This document shows positions 1 to 9,930 of a DNA stretch of 64,000 nt, one piece after another. Origin of the DNA: an uncultured Chloroflexia bacterium (GTDB taxonomy: Bacteria; Chloroflexota; Chloroflexia; QHBQ01; JADMIH01); the NCBI GenBank assembly GCA_963797095.1, contig CAWCNY010000002.1:352001-416000 (forward strand). The letters run 5' to 3'. How positions within the stretch are numbered: position 1 is the stretch's first letter; each line of letters opens with the position of its first letter. Under the pieces are notes generated by a model, which did not search any database, had not been told where the DNA came from, and saw only the letters and a list, made by a program, of their open reading frames with translations. A program made the translations under genes and the position numbers.

Positions 1-1
1 T

Positions 2-1066
2 CGTAGCCAGCCCGACCGCAAGCACCGCGCCCACGGCCAGGGTAGATAAGGCTTTGGGGCGGGAGCGGTCGCGCCAGAGAGAGCAAAGGGCGACGGGTAG
101 CAGTAAAAGGGGCACGAACTTGGTGAGGATGCCCGCCATCAACGCGGGTAGAACGGCCACACGCCATGCTTTCACCAGGAAGTAGATGGCGGCGAGGAGG
201 AACATCGCCATGATGGCGTCGTTGTGGCCGTTGCCCGCCACCTCAAAGAGCACCAGAGGGTTCCAGGCGAAGAGGAGCGTGCCGCGCAAGGCCCATTCGG
301 GCTTTATCGTGCGCAGGATGCCGTAGGTGAGGCCGATGCTTATGCCATAGGCAGCCATCACAAGGAGCTTGAAGCCGATCAGGTTGCCTAACAGGTCTCT
401 GCCAGCCAGCCAGCTTACGCCTGCGGCCAGCGATTCCCATACCGGGCCGTAGGGCGATGGGTCGCCCTTCCAGGCCACGTACTGCTGCAAGGGGTCGCCG
501 ACAATGCTGCTGGGCAGGGTGGTGAACGGGTTGTAGCCATAGTGAGCGGTGAGGCGCGCCCTGAATATCTGGTCGAACAGGTCGGCAGCGCCTACAGGGT
601 ACATGAAGAGGAGGTTGACAGCGAAGAAGACGGCCCAGCCGCAGATCATTACCAGCGCGAAGCGCCTGAAAAGTGGCGTGATGCCCTCGGCGGGTGGGCA
701 GATGCGAAAGGCGGCGTAGTAGCAGGCGAAAAGGACGATCCAGGTGAAGGCCCACTCGTTGGCTGAAAGCCCCGTGTGCCCGTTGATTTTGGCAAGGTCC
801 AGCAGGGGTGTCGTATAGTAGACGAGCAGTTGGTACGGCTCTACGAAACCGAGGAAGTAAGAGATGCCGGACACACCGCCCAGGGCGACCAGCGCCGACA
901 GGGCAAGCCAGGGTTCGCGCAGCCGCCGCGGGCGGCTTGGAAGCGCGCTGGAGGCTCCTCCGCTCAATGGCAAATCTGTTGGGTATTCTGTTTGTGGTTG
1001 TTCTTGAGCCTGCGGCGGCTGCACATCCGCGCTCCGTGGGCTATCGGGAGTGAAGATTTGCATCAT
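2..1066 (-). CDS. Polytopic membrane GT-C glycosyltransferase (MptA/MptB / GT87-like), 3'-truncated by the window edge
   Basis: Absent from the ORF track because it runs off the edge. Manual translation from ATG 1066 gives hydrophobic helices with motifs YPVGAADLFDQIFRARL..YGYNPF, SPYGPVW and LLFAWNPLVLFEVAGNGHNDAIM, typical of polyprenol-phosphate-sugar-dependent mannosyltransferases. Confidence 0.8.
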   Translation of the reverse strand, partial: MMQIFTPDSPRSADVQPPQAQEQPQTEYPTDLPLSGGASSALPSRPRRLREPWLALSALVALGGVSGISYFLGFVEPYQLLVYYTTPLLDLAKINGHTGLSANEWAFTWIVLFACYYAAFRICPPAEGITPLFRRFALVMICGWAVFFAVNLLFMYPVGAADLFDQIFRARLTAHYGYNPFTTLPSSIVGDPLQQYVAWKGDPSPYGPVWESLAAGVSWLAGRDLLGNLIGFKLLVMAAYGISIGLTYGILRTIKPEWALRGTLLFAWNPLVLFEVAGNGHNDAIMAMFLLAAIYFLVKAWRVAVLPALMAGILTKFVPLLLLPVALCSLWRDRSRPKALSTLAVGAVLAVGLAT

Positions 1067-1259
1067 AGTGATGCTCTAGCCATTGGATTATTATAGACCA
1101 ATGGGTAGACATGTGACGAATAAACGAGGCATGAGAGGATGGCGGACGAAGGACGAAGGAGTGTACGTAAGGAGGTGGAGGGGCATGTCTGGCTGTTGGA
1201 ATCCTGTTTCGTGGCCGCTGATTATGGTATCCTACTTCTAAATCTTTAGTTCCTGTCCT

Positions 1260-3833
1260 ATGATCGCATCTCAAGAGACGCAGGAAGCGCCAGAGTCCAC
1301 AACCGGCGATTATCATCTCGCTTCGGGCAAAAGTACGGGGCCGGTTTCTCGGTATTCCGGCCTGAGGCGCATCGTGCGAGACCCGAATATCGGGGTTCCG
1401 ATACTCCTGTTTGTGCTGGCGTTCGTTTTCATGTCGCCAGGGCTGCCACCTCTCAAAGTGGCAGCATCCATGCACCAACTGCTGGTCTTCCCACCGTGGC
1501 AGGCGGTCTATCCGGACGTTACCTCCACTATTCGAGGTGGGGACCCGATCCAGCAGCAACTGCCGTGGCGGCACTGGGCGCAGGACGAACTGGCGGCAGG
1601 GAGATTCCCGCTGTGGGCCAGCGGACCGCTCGGTGGAGCGCCCATATTCGCGTACTACCAGTCGGCGGTGCTCTATCCGCTCAATCTGCTGTGGGTGCTT
1701 GTGCCTATATGGATCGGGGCGGGGATTGTGATGGCGCTCAAGCTGTGGCTGGCGGGGCTTGGGATGTGGGTGTTCCTGCGCGCTCTGAAATTGCACTGGA
1801 CGGCTTCGCTGCTTGGGGCGTTGGGGTTCATGTTCTGCACGAGTATGGTTGTATGGTTGCCGTGGGCGCACACCAATGTGTTTCTACTTATGCCCTGGCT
1901 GGCCTGGAGTATATACGCCTGGTGCGTGGAGGAGAAGCGCTGGGCGCCGGTAGCATTGGCTATAACGCTGGGTTGCGCTGTGCTGGGAGGTCACCCTGAG
2001 AACCTCTCCATCGTGACCATTACAGCTGGGATCTGGGCGCTGGGACTGATAGCGGGGAGCGCCCCGCAACGCTGGCCTCGCCAGGTGGGAGGCTTGCTGG
2101 TGGGGGGCATTGTGGGGCTGGCTATCGGAGCGGTGCAGGTACTACCTTTCCTGGAAGCCTACAACTTGTCTCATATTGCGCTGGACCCGGGTAGGGCCGT
2201 CGCATGGCAAATACACCAGGACGCCAGTATGATGATGGACTGGATCATGCCGCGTTGGTGGGGGCAGATTTTCGATGGAGTGGTGGATGGGCCGCTGGGT
2301 TTCTACGATACCGGGTATGTTGGCCTGCCTGCACTGGTGGGACTCGGTTTTGGGGTGGTGGCTCTAGTTCGGAGAAGGTTGAATCTGAGGCTTGTGCTGC
2401 CGTTGTTGGCGATGTTGGTCTTCGCCTGGATCATCACATACGACGATAATTTCGGCAATTTGATCCGGCAACTGCCGGCGTTCAGCCACAGTCTCAATAT
2501 GCGCTGGGTCTTCTCGGTGGAGTTTTCAGTGCTTGTGCTGGGAGCTTTTGGATGGGATTGGTTTGCGCGCTTCGTGGACGAAAGACGAAGGACGACGGAT
2601 GCTGGAAATAGGGGGCCGGAGAATGCGGTAGGCAATAGTCGCGTATCACGTATCACGTACCCTGTTGTAGTTGGGATAGTGCTGCTGGTGGTGGGGGTGG
2701 TGATTCTTATCGAGCATTGGGTGGGGTTGTTTCAGCAGCCTGACCTGGGCACGCCTCGCGGCAATCTAGCTACCGCGAGTTACAGGTTCTACTGGGGTAT
2801 CTGGGTGGGTGGCGTGGCTTTGAGCATGGCGGGAGCTATCTTATTGTGGTGGCTGGGATGGTTGGGGAGGCGCACCGCGCCTGTTATGGGGCTGGTTATG
2901 GGAGGGTTGCTGACGGCAGACCTCTGGATGTTGCTTTTTACGTTCAATCCCGGCGCGCCCGCCAACTGGTATTATCCGGTCACCGACTTCATCGGCCAGA
3001 CGAAGTCGCTGGTTCCCTCGCCGGAGAGGTTGGTTGCGCAGGGTGAGGTAATGGTGACGAACACGGGGCTTGTCTATGACATACGCGACTGGCGATACCA
3101 GGACCCGATGATCAGCGAGCGATCTTTTCAGGCGGCGGAGCTGCTAAGCCCAGGTTTTAAGAACGAGTTGTGGACGCGGTACAACATGTACTTTTCGGGG
3201 ATAAGGCTGGAGGTAGCCCCGATCTTCGGCATCCGCTATGTCGTGTTTCCGGGGGGCGCGAACCCGGACTACCGGGAGCCGGACCCAGAGATGGCTCCGC
3301 TAAAGAGGCTGGCATTTACCGGAGGGGTTGGTCTGTGGGAGATAGAGGGTGTGCCAGGGTTCACTTATTTGAGCGATTACGTGGAGGCGGTGCCGGGGGA
3401 GGCGGAAGCGCGCAAGTGGGTGCAGAACCTGACCTGGGAGAAGGTGCGGGCTTATCCGGCGGTGGTTGAGGCTCCCGCGAGCGCGTTGGCGAATATAGCG
3501 CGTTCGACTGACGGTACATCGCCCGGCAGCACCGATGTGGTTGCGTATACGCCCGGCCATATCGTGATAGAGACTGACGCACAGCGTCCCGCTCTGCTGG
3601 TGGTGGCCGAGAGCTATTATCCAGGGTGGCACGCCACGCTGGATGGGCAGCCGGTAGAGACGCTACGCGCCAACTATATTTCGCAGGGAGTAGTTGTGCC
3701 CGCAGGTAAGCACACCGTTGAGATGAAGTATGAGCCGGATTCATTCAGAAACGGTGCCTTGTTGAGCGTTGCCGGACTGCTGGGATTGGGTGGGTTGATC
3801 GTCTGGTGGCGTCGGGGAGCACGCCGGGCATGA
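1260..3833 (+). CDS. YfhO-family membrane glycosyltransferase (paralog 1)
   Basis: 857 aa with many TM helices; N-terminal GD..QQQLPW..G.FPLW..GP.GG.P motif; C-terminal LLVVAESYYPGWHATLDG..LRANY..VPAGKHTVEMKYEP typical of YfhO. Confidence 0.85.
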   Translation: MIASQETQEAPESTTGDYHLASGKSTGPVSRYSGLRRIVRDPNIGVPILLFVLAFVFMSPGLPPLKVAASMHQLLVFPPWQAVYPDVTSTIRGGDPIQQQLPWRHWAQDELAAGRFPLWASGPLGGAPIFAYYQSAVLYPLNLLWVLVPIWIGAGIVMALKLWLAGLGMWVFLRALKLHWTASLLGALGFMFCTSMVVWLPWAHTNVFLLMPWLAWSIYAWCVEEKRWAPVALAITLGCAVLGGHPENLSIVTITAGIWALGLIAGSAPQRWPRQVGGLLVGGIVGLAIGAVQVLPFLEAYNLSHIALDPGRAVAWQIHQDASMMMDWIMPRWWGQIFDGVVDGPLGFYDTGYVGLPALVGLGFGVVALVRRRLNLRLVLPLLAMLVFAWIITYDDNFGNLIRQLPAFSHSLNMRWVFSVEFSVLVLGAFGWDWFARFVDERRRTTDAGNRGPENAVGNSRVSRITYPVVVGIVLLVVGVVILIEHWVGLFQQPDLGTPRGNLATASYRFYWGIWVGGVALSMAGAILLWWLGWLGRRTAPVMGLVMGGLLTADLWMLLFTFNPGAPANWYYPVTDFIGQTKSLVPSPERLVAQGEVMVTNTGLVYDIRDWRYQDPMISERSFQAAELLSPGFKNELWTRYNMYFSGIRLEVAPIFGIRYVVFPGGANPDYREPDPEMAPLKRLAFTGGVGLWEIEGVPGFTYLSDYVEAVPGEAEARKWVQNLTWEKVRAYPAVVEAPASALANIARSTDGTSPGSTDVVAYTPGHIVIETDAQRPALLVVAESYYPGWHATLDGQPVETLRANYISQGVVVPAGKHTVEMKYEPDSFRNGALLSVAGLLGLGGLIVWWRRGARRA

Positions 3834-6367
3834 ATGGCGCTCCGGGGTCTACGGTCCGCGATCTAGGGTCCAAGATCAAGAACCTGCAATTGGGGGTTCC
3901 GCTACTTCTGCTTCTGCTGGCATTTGTGTTCATGTCGCCGGGTATGCCGCCTTTTCGGGTGGCCGCGCCCATGGACCAACTGCTTATTTTCCCTCCGTGG
4001 CACGCGGTATTCCCCGATGTGGAGGCACGATTGCTGGGCAGCGATGTGCTGTTCCAGCAGTTGCCGTGGCACCACTGGATGCAGGACGAGCTTAAGGCGT
4101 GGCGCTTCCCGCTGTGGGTGTCGGGGCCGCTGGGCGGGTATCCGCTGTTTGCTTACTACCAGGTGGGAGTGCTTTTCCCGCTGAACCTGTTGTGGGCGCT
4201 GTTCCCTACGGGGGCGAGCTTTGGGCCTATTCTGGCGCTCAAGGTGTGGATCGCGGGGCTTGGGATGTGGCTTCTTCTGCGCGCACTCAACCTGCGCAAG
4301 AGCGCATCACTTTTGGGGGCGCTGGGGTTCATGTTCTCTACGGATCTTGTGGTGTGGCTTCCGTGGAGCCACACGAATGCGTATATACTGCTGCCCTGGC
4401 TGTGCTGGGCCGCCTACGAATGGTGCGACAACAGGAAGAAGGGGGCGCTGGCGGGATTTGCTTTTTTGTGGGCTTGCGCACTGCTGGGGGGGAGTCCGGA
4501 GTTCTTCTTTATAGTGGCGGTGTGTGCAGGATTCTGGGTGCTTGGTTTGATTGTGTCGAGCAGGCCGCAGAAGTGGGGATGGCAGGTGGGTGGGTTGGCG
4601 GTGGCGGTGGCGGTGGGCACGCTGATGGGGGCGATCCAGCTTTTGCCGTTCCTGGAAGCGCTTGGGTTGAGCCACATCGCTACCATACGCCCCGTGGATG
4701 TGGAGGCTGCCGTCGAGCGGGCGCGGCTGCACCTGAGTGCGGATATGATCATCAACTGGGTCGAGCCACGATGGTGGGGACAGGTGTATGATGGGGTGCT
4801 TGGGAACAGTTATTTGCCTAACGAGTCGAACGGGTATGTGGGGCAGGTGGCGCTCCTTGGACTGCCTTTGCTGGCGATAGGGGCGGTCAGGCGCAAGATC
4901 GACTTGCGGCTCATGCTGCCGTGGGTTGCGCTTGTTCTGTTTTGCTGGGTATTGGTGTACGATGATGAGTTGGGGGTGTGGGTGCGGCGTCTGCCCGGAT
5001 TCAGCCAGATGGTGAACGACAGGTTCTTGCTGGGGCTGGCGTTTGGCTTGCTTGTGCTGGGGGCACTGGGGTGGGACTGGTTTGCGCGAGTGCTGGAGGG
5101 GTGGCGGGCGGCGAAGACCGGATCGATAGAGAGTGAGCGCGGTTTGTGGGTTGTGTGGCTTGGGGTGGGCCTTGTTATGGTGAGCACGGTTTTTTTGCTT
5201 GTGCATTGGCTGGGGTTGGTGCCTCACCCTGACGTGGGTATGAGTCTGGACAGGCCGCTTCTTGGGGCGCTCTTTGCGCCCAATGCGGATTATCGGCTTT
5301 ACTGGACCTCCTGGGAGGTTGGGATACTGGTTGGGATCGTGGGGGCGGGGATGGTGTGGTGGGGAGCCTCGCGGGGTGGAGCTAGCGGGGGGATGATGTT
5401 GGGGCGCTTTGCGGTGGTGGCTCCCCTGGCGATCGGGGCCTTTCTGGTGGCCGATCTGTGGCAGTTACTTTTTACATTTAACCCAACCGCGCCAGCCGAC
5501 TGGTATTACCCGGAGACGAGTTTTATTGAGCAGCTGGTGACGAATGTGCCGGCTACAGAGCGGGTGATCGCGGAGGGGGATGCGCTGCTTGCCAACACGG
5601 GGCTGGTTTACGGGTATCGTGATTGGAGGGCGCAGGACCCGATGTTTACCGAGCGTGCTATGGTGGCTTCGACGCTGCTTGACCCCGATTATCGCAATAA
5701 TACGTGGGATCGCTACAACATGAGCCTGCATGACATCCGGCTGCCGGTCGCGCCGATGTTCGGTATCCGGTATTTTGTGTTTCCGACAGATATTGACCCC
5801 AACCACCCAGGCCCGGCGGATCCGGACAGGCCGACTTTTAAGCGACTGGCGTTTACGGAGGGATTGGGGTTATGGGAGGCTGATGGGGTGCCGGGGTTCG
5901 CTTACCTGAGCGATGATGTGACGGCTGTGCCGGACGAGGCTGCCGCACGAGAGTGGATGGACAAGATTACCTGGGAGCAAGTGCGCTTGTATGCGGCGAT
6001 GGTGGAGGCACCTGTGGAGAGGTTGGCGGGCGTGCAGCCTGCGGCAGATGGTAGCTCGCCGGGGTCGGCGTCGGTGGTGGAGTATACGCCTGGGCATATT
6101 CGCGTGGAGGTGGACGCAGCGCGTGCGTCGGTGTTGGTGGTGTCGGAGAGCTATTATCCGGGGTGGCACGCTGTGATCGATGGGCAAGACGTGGAGATAT
6201 TGCGCGCCAATTATTTGTCGCAGGGAGTGGTTGTGCCCGCAGGTAAGCATACGGTTGAGATGAAGTATGAGCCGGATTCGTTCCGGAACGGGGCGTTGTT
6301 GAGCCTGTTGGGTTTGGTGGGGCTGGGGGGATTGGTTGTGTGGCCGCGTTTCAGGAAGGGAGTGTAG
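3830..6367 (+). CDS. YfhO-family membrane glycosyltransferase (paralog 2)
   Basis: Collinear with paralog 1 along its full length. ATG at 3830 overlaps the upstream stop (ATGA), so this start is preferred over 3806. Confidence 0.85.
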   Translation: MNGAPGSTVRDLGSKIKNLQLGVPLLLLLLAFVFMSPGMPPFRVAAPMDQLLIFPPWHAVFPDVEARLLGSDVLFQQLPWHHWMQDELKAWRFPLWVSGPLGGYPLFAYYQVGVLFPLNLLWALFPTGASFGPILALKVWIAGLGMWLLLRALNLRKSASLLGALGFMFSTDLVVWLPWSHTNAYILLPWLCWAAYEWCDNRKKGALAGFAFLWACALLGGSPEFFFIVAVCAGFWVLGLIVSSRPQKWGWQVGGLAVAVAVGTLMGAIQLLPFLEALGLSHIATIRPVDVEAAVERARLHLSADMIINWVEPRWWGQVYDGVLGNSYLPNESNGYVGQVALLGLPLLAIGAVRRKIDLRLMLPWVALVLFCWVLVYDDELGVWVRRLPGFSQMVNDRFLLGLAFGLLVLGALGWDWFARVLEGWRAAKTGSIESERGLWVVWLGVGLVMVSTVFLLVHWLGLVPHPDVGMSLDRPLLGALFAPNADYRLYWTSWEVGILVGIVGAGMVWWGASRGGASGGMMLGRFAVVAPLAIGAFLVADLWQLLFTFNPTAPADWYYPETSFIEQLVTNVPATERVIAEGDALLANTGLVYGYRDWRAQDPMFTERAMVASTLLDPDYRNNTWDRYNMSLHDIRLPVAPMFGIRYFVFPTDIDPNHPGPADPDRPTFKRLAFTEGLGLWEADGVPGFAYLSDDVTAVPDEAAAREWMDKITWEQVRLYAAMVEAPVERLAGVQPAADGSSPGSASVVEYTPGHIRVEVDAARASVLVVSESYYPGWHAVIDGQDVEILRANYLSQGVVVPAGKHTVEMKYEPDSFRNGALLSLLGLVGLGGLVVWPRFRKGV

Positions 6368-6494
6368 GGGCCAGGTGTCTCCAGATCCTGCATGGCTGCT
6401 CTTTGTTGGCGTTGCGCCTGGCAAAGGGGATGATCTTGTTCAGGGTGGGCGCTATTTGGCTTGGAACGCCTGCGAATCGTGATCTTGGAGAGCG

Positions 6495-6520
6495 AGATCC
6501 TTCGCTTCGCTCAGGATGAC
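6495..6520. repeat. REP-like short repeat (reverse complement GTCATCCTGAGCGAAGCGAAGGATCT)
   Basis: A related copy, TGTCATTCTGAGCGCAGCGAAGAATGACA, lies at 20081-20109. Both are intergenic. Confidence 0.55.
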
Positions 6521-6594
6521 GACCTCCCTGGTGGGGGAGTTGTGGGTGCTTTCTTGTTATCTGCCACTGGATCGCTGTGCTTTAGTGAGAGGTT

Positions 6595-7962
6595 TTAGCC
6601 GCGCTTCCAGGGTAGGCGGATGCGGTTGCGCGCCATCTCTTCGAGGAGGCGCACACGTTCTTCGAGGGCTATGATGGCGGCATTCTTGCGCTCGATCTCG
6701 GCTTCCAGGTGCTGGGTGTAGAGGGATGCCCTGGTTGCGCTTACTCTTTTTGTTGCTCTTTCAAGAGATTCGGGAAGTGCGGCACCTCTGGTGGGGCGTT
6801 CGGGGGTCATGTGGAAGAGGAACCATTGGCCATCGGTCTGGCCTTGCATGATGGCGCGCTCACCCGTTCCTACGAGGGTTGCAGAGATGTAGTGTTGGAA
6901 GATGCGCTCTTCCTCGCTTCTGTAGGGCTGGAAGTGGGTTTCAGGTTGGACCAGAGGGCAGAGGGTGGTGAAGCGTTTGGTGCTGAAGTTGTCGAGGAGG
7001 GTTTCAATAAGGCGTTCGCTGGACACGTCCTCGAAGGGCAATTCTTCTTCATCGTGTGTTTGGGGGTTCGAGGATTTGTGCTGCACTTGCTCAAGAGCCT
7101 CGGCGCGCATACCTGCTCGTACTACGTCCAGCATCTCGGCGCAGAGGATCTCCTGGAAGGTTTCCCAGCCGAGGACGGGGGTATCGTCGAAATCAATCGC
7201 CAACGCGCCCCAATCCAGCTTTGCTGCTGTACCGGTCACCGTTTTGTAGAGCCATGCCGGGTCGTTGTCCTGGACCCAGGCCAGGAACGGGTCCAGTTGG
7301 GCCATCACGATGTCGTGGAAGGCCCAGGTGTCCATGGTGGCTACTGCATGGTCTACGCCGACGAAGGTGCCGCCGGGCTTGAGGGAATGGCGCACCTGTT
7401 CCAGCAGTCCTTCAAGGTTTGCGATATGGTGGAGGGAGTCCCAGACGACCACGGCGTCGAACTCGCCCGCGGGGAGCTGGGCGTTGTTGAGGTCGGCATA
7501 TTCATACTGGACGCTGCCGAAGATGGTGGGGTCGTAGTCAAGCCCTGCGAAGTTTCTGTAGAGGTAGGGGGAGTTGCGGGTGTTGGTGTCGGCCATGTAG
7601 CGGGCCAGGGCGAGGTTGGCGGGGGAGATGTCGAGGGCGAGCACGTTGGCCCCGAGGCGGGCCATTTCGAGGGAGAGCCACCCAGCACCGCAGCCGAGGT
7701 CGAGCACGCGCAGGCCGGGGCGAGGGACGGCGGTGCGCAGGACGTAGGCGATCTCGCTCATGCGGAAGTTGATGCCGCTGGGGCCGAGGCAGAATGGCCG
7801 CCACTGATGGTTGTACCTGAACTGGGTAAAGGTGAGCCGCCAGTCGATGGAGCCGGGGATCTCGCCGCGCATTAGCCTCTGGGCAACGAAGCTGTCCCAG
7901 TACTCGCCTTCGCCTTCGAGGGCTTGGGTGTATTGGTCGTCCGGAATGTGGTTTGCGGGCAT
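6595..7962 (-). CDS. Class I SAM-dependent methyltransferase with C-terminal coiled coil
   Basis: Motifs VLDLGCGAG, LDIS and FDAVVVWDSLHH..LKPGG; C-terminal heptad-like LEAEIERKNAAIIALEERVRLLEE. Confidence 0.8.
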   Translation of the reverse strand: MPANHIPDDQYTQALEGEGEYWDSFVAQRLMRGEIPGSIDWRLTFTQFRYNHQWRPFCLGPSGINFRMSEIAYVLRTAVPRPGLRVLDLGCGAGWLSLEMARLGANVLALDISPANLALARYMADTNTRNSPYLYRNFAGLDYDPTIFGSVQYEYADLNNAQLPAGEFDAVVVWDSLHHIANLEGLLEQVRHSLKPGGTFVGVDHAVATMDTWAFHDIVMAQLDPFLAWVQDNDPAWLYKTVTGTAAKLDWGALAIDFDDTPVLGWETFQEILCAEMLDVVRAGMRAEALEQVQHKSSNPQTHDEEELPFEDVSSERLIETLLDNFSTKRFTTLCPLVQPETHFQPYRSEEERIFQHYISATLVGTGERAIMQGQTDGQWFLFHMTPERPTRGAALPESLERATKRVSATRASLYTQHLEAEIERKNAAIIALEERVRLLEEMARNRIRLPWKRG

Positions 7963-7980
7963 AGGGAGAACGAATTAGAA

Positions 7981-8028
7981 CACGAAGATACGCAGAAGTA
8001 CGACTTCGTACTTCTGCGTATCTTCGTG
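7981..8028. terminator. Perfect 23-bp inverted repeat (hairpin; possible terminator or repeat element)
   Basis: CACGAAGATACGCAGAAGTACGA-CT-TCGTACTTCTGCGTATCTTCGTG, immediately downstream of the SPFH gene. Confidence 0.55.
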
Positions 8029-8039
8029 GTAGAAGCTAA

Positions 8040-9056
8040 TTACATCCGGTCGAGGACTTCTTTCACTTTGGCGTCGTACTGCTCCTGGGAGATCAGGCCG
8101 TCGGTTAGCATTTGCTTTAGCTGCTTGAGGACGGTGGAAGGATCGGGAGCGGCAGGTGTTTGCGGTTGCTGCTGCGGCTGCTGGCTCTGCGCCTGGGCCA
8201 TGTTCTGGCCGATGATCTGGGCCATGCCAGCGCCTACGCCCATGCCTGCACCGAGGCCGACACCGAGGCCAGCCGCGCCGCCTGCGTCGCCGCCCTGGGC
8301 CGCGCCCTGGCCGACGCCGCCAATAGCCTGCGCCGTCTGGTACTGGAGGTACTGGTTCATGTTGCCGACCACGCCCATGCCTGTGCGCTCGTCGATCCGC
8401 TTGGAGACCTCTTCGGGGGGCGAGATGGTGGTGACGTAGAGGGCCTTGAGGATGAGGCCGAGGTTAGCGAAGTCGTCGTTGACGGAGGCCTTGAGGCCCG
8501 CGCCCACCTCGTTGTACTTGGCGGGAAGGTCGAGGAGGGTGGTCATGGTCTCGCCCATGATATCGTTGAAGCGCGAGACTATGATGCTGCGCAGGTAGTC
8601 CTCGATCTGGCCGGTCTCATAGAGGCCCTGGGTGCCTACGACCTTGTTGACGAAGAGTTGCGGATCGTTGACGGCCATCGCGTAGGTGCCAAAGGCGCGC
8701 AGGCGGACCATGCCGAACTCGCTGTCGCGGAAGGTCACGGGTTCCATAGTGCCCCACTTCATATCAAGGAGGTCGGCGAGGTTGACAAAGATCACCTCGG
8801 CCCGGAAGGGCGACTTGCCGCCGAAGGGGAGGCTGATGAGGTTGGCGAGGAGGGGGATGTTCATGGTGGAGAGGGTGTGCCTCCCCGGCCCGAACACGTC
8901 GAGGGCTTTGCCGTCGCGGAAGAAGACGGCAGCCTGGCTCTCGCGCACAACCAGTTGGGAGCCAAGCCGGAATTCGCCTGACCCGCCCTCAGGCACACGG
9001 TGAACTATCTGACGGCCTGTTGGGTCTAAGAACTCTACTACATCCAGAATTGCCAT
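8040..9056 (-). CDS. SPFH/band-7 domain protein (YdjI-like) with C-terminal SHOCT
   Basis: Motifs GSQLVVRESQAAVFFRDGKALDVFGPGRHTL, KWGT.EP and LRAFGTY; Gly-rich linker; SHOCT-like LKQLKQMLTDGLISQEQYDAKVKEVL; RBS AAGGAG. Confidence 0.9.
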   Translation of the reverse strand: MAILDVVEFLDPTGRQIVHRVPEGGSGEFRLGSQLVVRESQAAVFFRDGKALDVFGPGRHTLSTMNIPLLANLISLPFGGKSPFRAEVIFVNLADLLDMKWGTMEPVTFRDSEFGMVRLRAFGTYAMAVNDPQLFVNKVVGTQGLYETGQIEDYLRSIIVSRFNDIMGETMTTLLDLPAKYNEVGAGLKASVNDDFANLGLILKALYVTTISPPEEVSKRIDERTGMGVVGNMNQYLQYQTAQAIGGVGQGAAQGGDAGGAAGLGVGLGAGMGVGAGMAQIIGQNMAQAQSQQPQQQPQTPAAPDPSTVLKQLKQMLTDGLISQEQYDAKVKEVLDRM

Positions 9057-9150
9057 GTGATTGCTCCTTTATTGGGTTGCAAGTTCCAAGTTCCTAGTTT
9101 CTCGTTCCAGGTTTTGCTTGTCGCATGTCAATAACCAGGAACCAAGAACT

Positions 9151-9831
9151 TTACTGTCCGCCGCTCATGCCCATCTTGGTTTTGAGGTCGGCTAATTGCT
9201 GGTCGATCTGGGTGTTGCGCTCGTCGGTGTCGAATCTGCCAGCCACATCATCGCCTTCGTCGCTGTTTAGCTCGGCTTCGGCTCCCTGGCGTGCCTCTTC
9301 CATTCGTATGCGCTGCTCCATACGCGACAGATCGCTGCTGTAATCGGTCACGTCGAGGTTGCGGCTGGTCTGGTCGATCTGTTGCTGTACTTTTACACGG
9401 CGGTGGCGGGCAAGGAGGGAGTCGCGGTTATTGACCGCATCCTTGTACTTGTCCTCCAGAGCATCAAGTTGCCCACGCAGGCGAGTTACCATCTCGGTCT
9501 GGGCTTGAAGCTGCTGCTGAAGCACGGTAATGTTGGCGTCCGAGTCGGCCTTGCGCTTGAGGGCCTCTTTCGCCATGGCGTCGTTCTCCATACGGACGTA
9601 GTGCATGGCGCGCTCTTCCATGTGCTTGGCTTTGTCCTGCTCGGCTTTCAGGTCGTCTTGATAAAGTTTCTGCTGGGCCATCATATCGGCCACCTGGTTG
9701 CGCGCTTTGCTGATCTCGCTCTCCATATCGCGCAAAATCTGGTTGAGCATTATCTCCGGGTCTTCCGCCGAATCGAGCATGTCGTTGATGTTTGCTCGGA
9801 TCAGCGTGGACAGCCTTTCTAGTATTCCCAT
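9151..9831 (-). CDS. pspA: PspA/IM30 (Vipp1/ESCRT-III superfamily) protein
   Basis: Starts MGILERLSTLIRANINDMLDSAEDPEIMLNQILRDME; long coiled coil with LAKEAL.RK-like motif; ends IDQQLADLKTKMG. Confidence 0.92.
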   Translation of the reverse strand: MGILERLSTLIRANINDMLDSAEDPEIMLNQILRDMESEISKARNQVADMMAQQKLYQDDLKAEQDKAKHMEERAMHYVRMENDAMAKEALKRKADSDANITVLQQQLQAQTEMVTRLRGQLDALEDKYKDAVNNRDSLLARHRRVKVQQQIDQTSRNLDVTDYSSDLSRMEQRIRMEEARQGAEAELNSDEGDDVAGRFDTDERNTQIDQQLADLKTKMGMSGGQ

Positions 9832-9930
9832 CTTGGTGTTCCCCCTTTTTGTTGATGCATGATTACGAGTGACGAGTGACGAGTGACGGAATGCATAGTA
9901 CGAAGTAAGCAGTACGCTGTAGTTCGCGTA

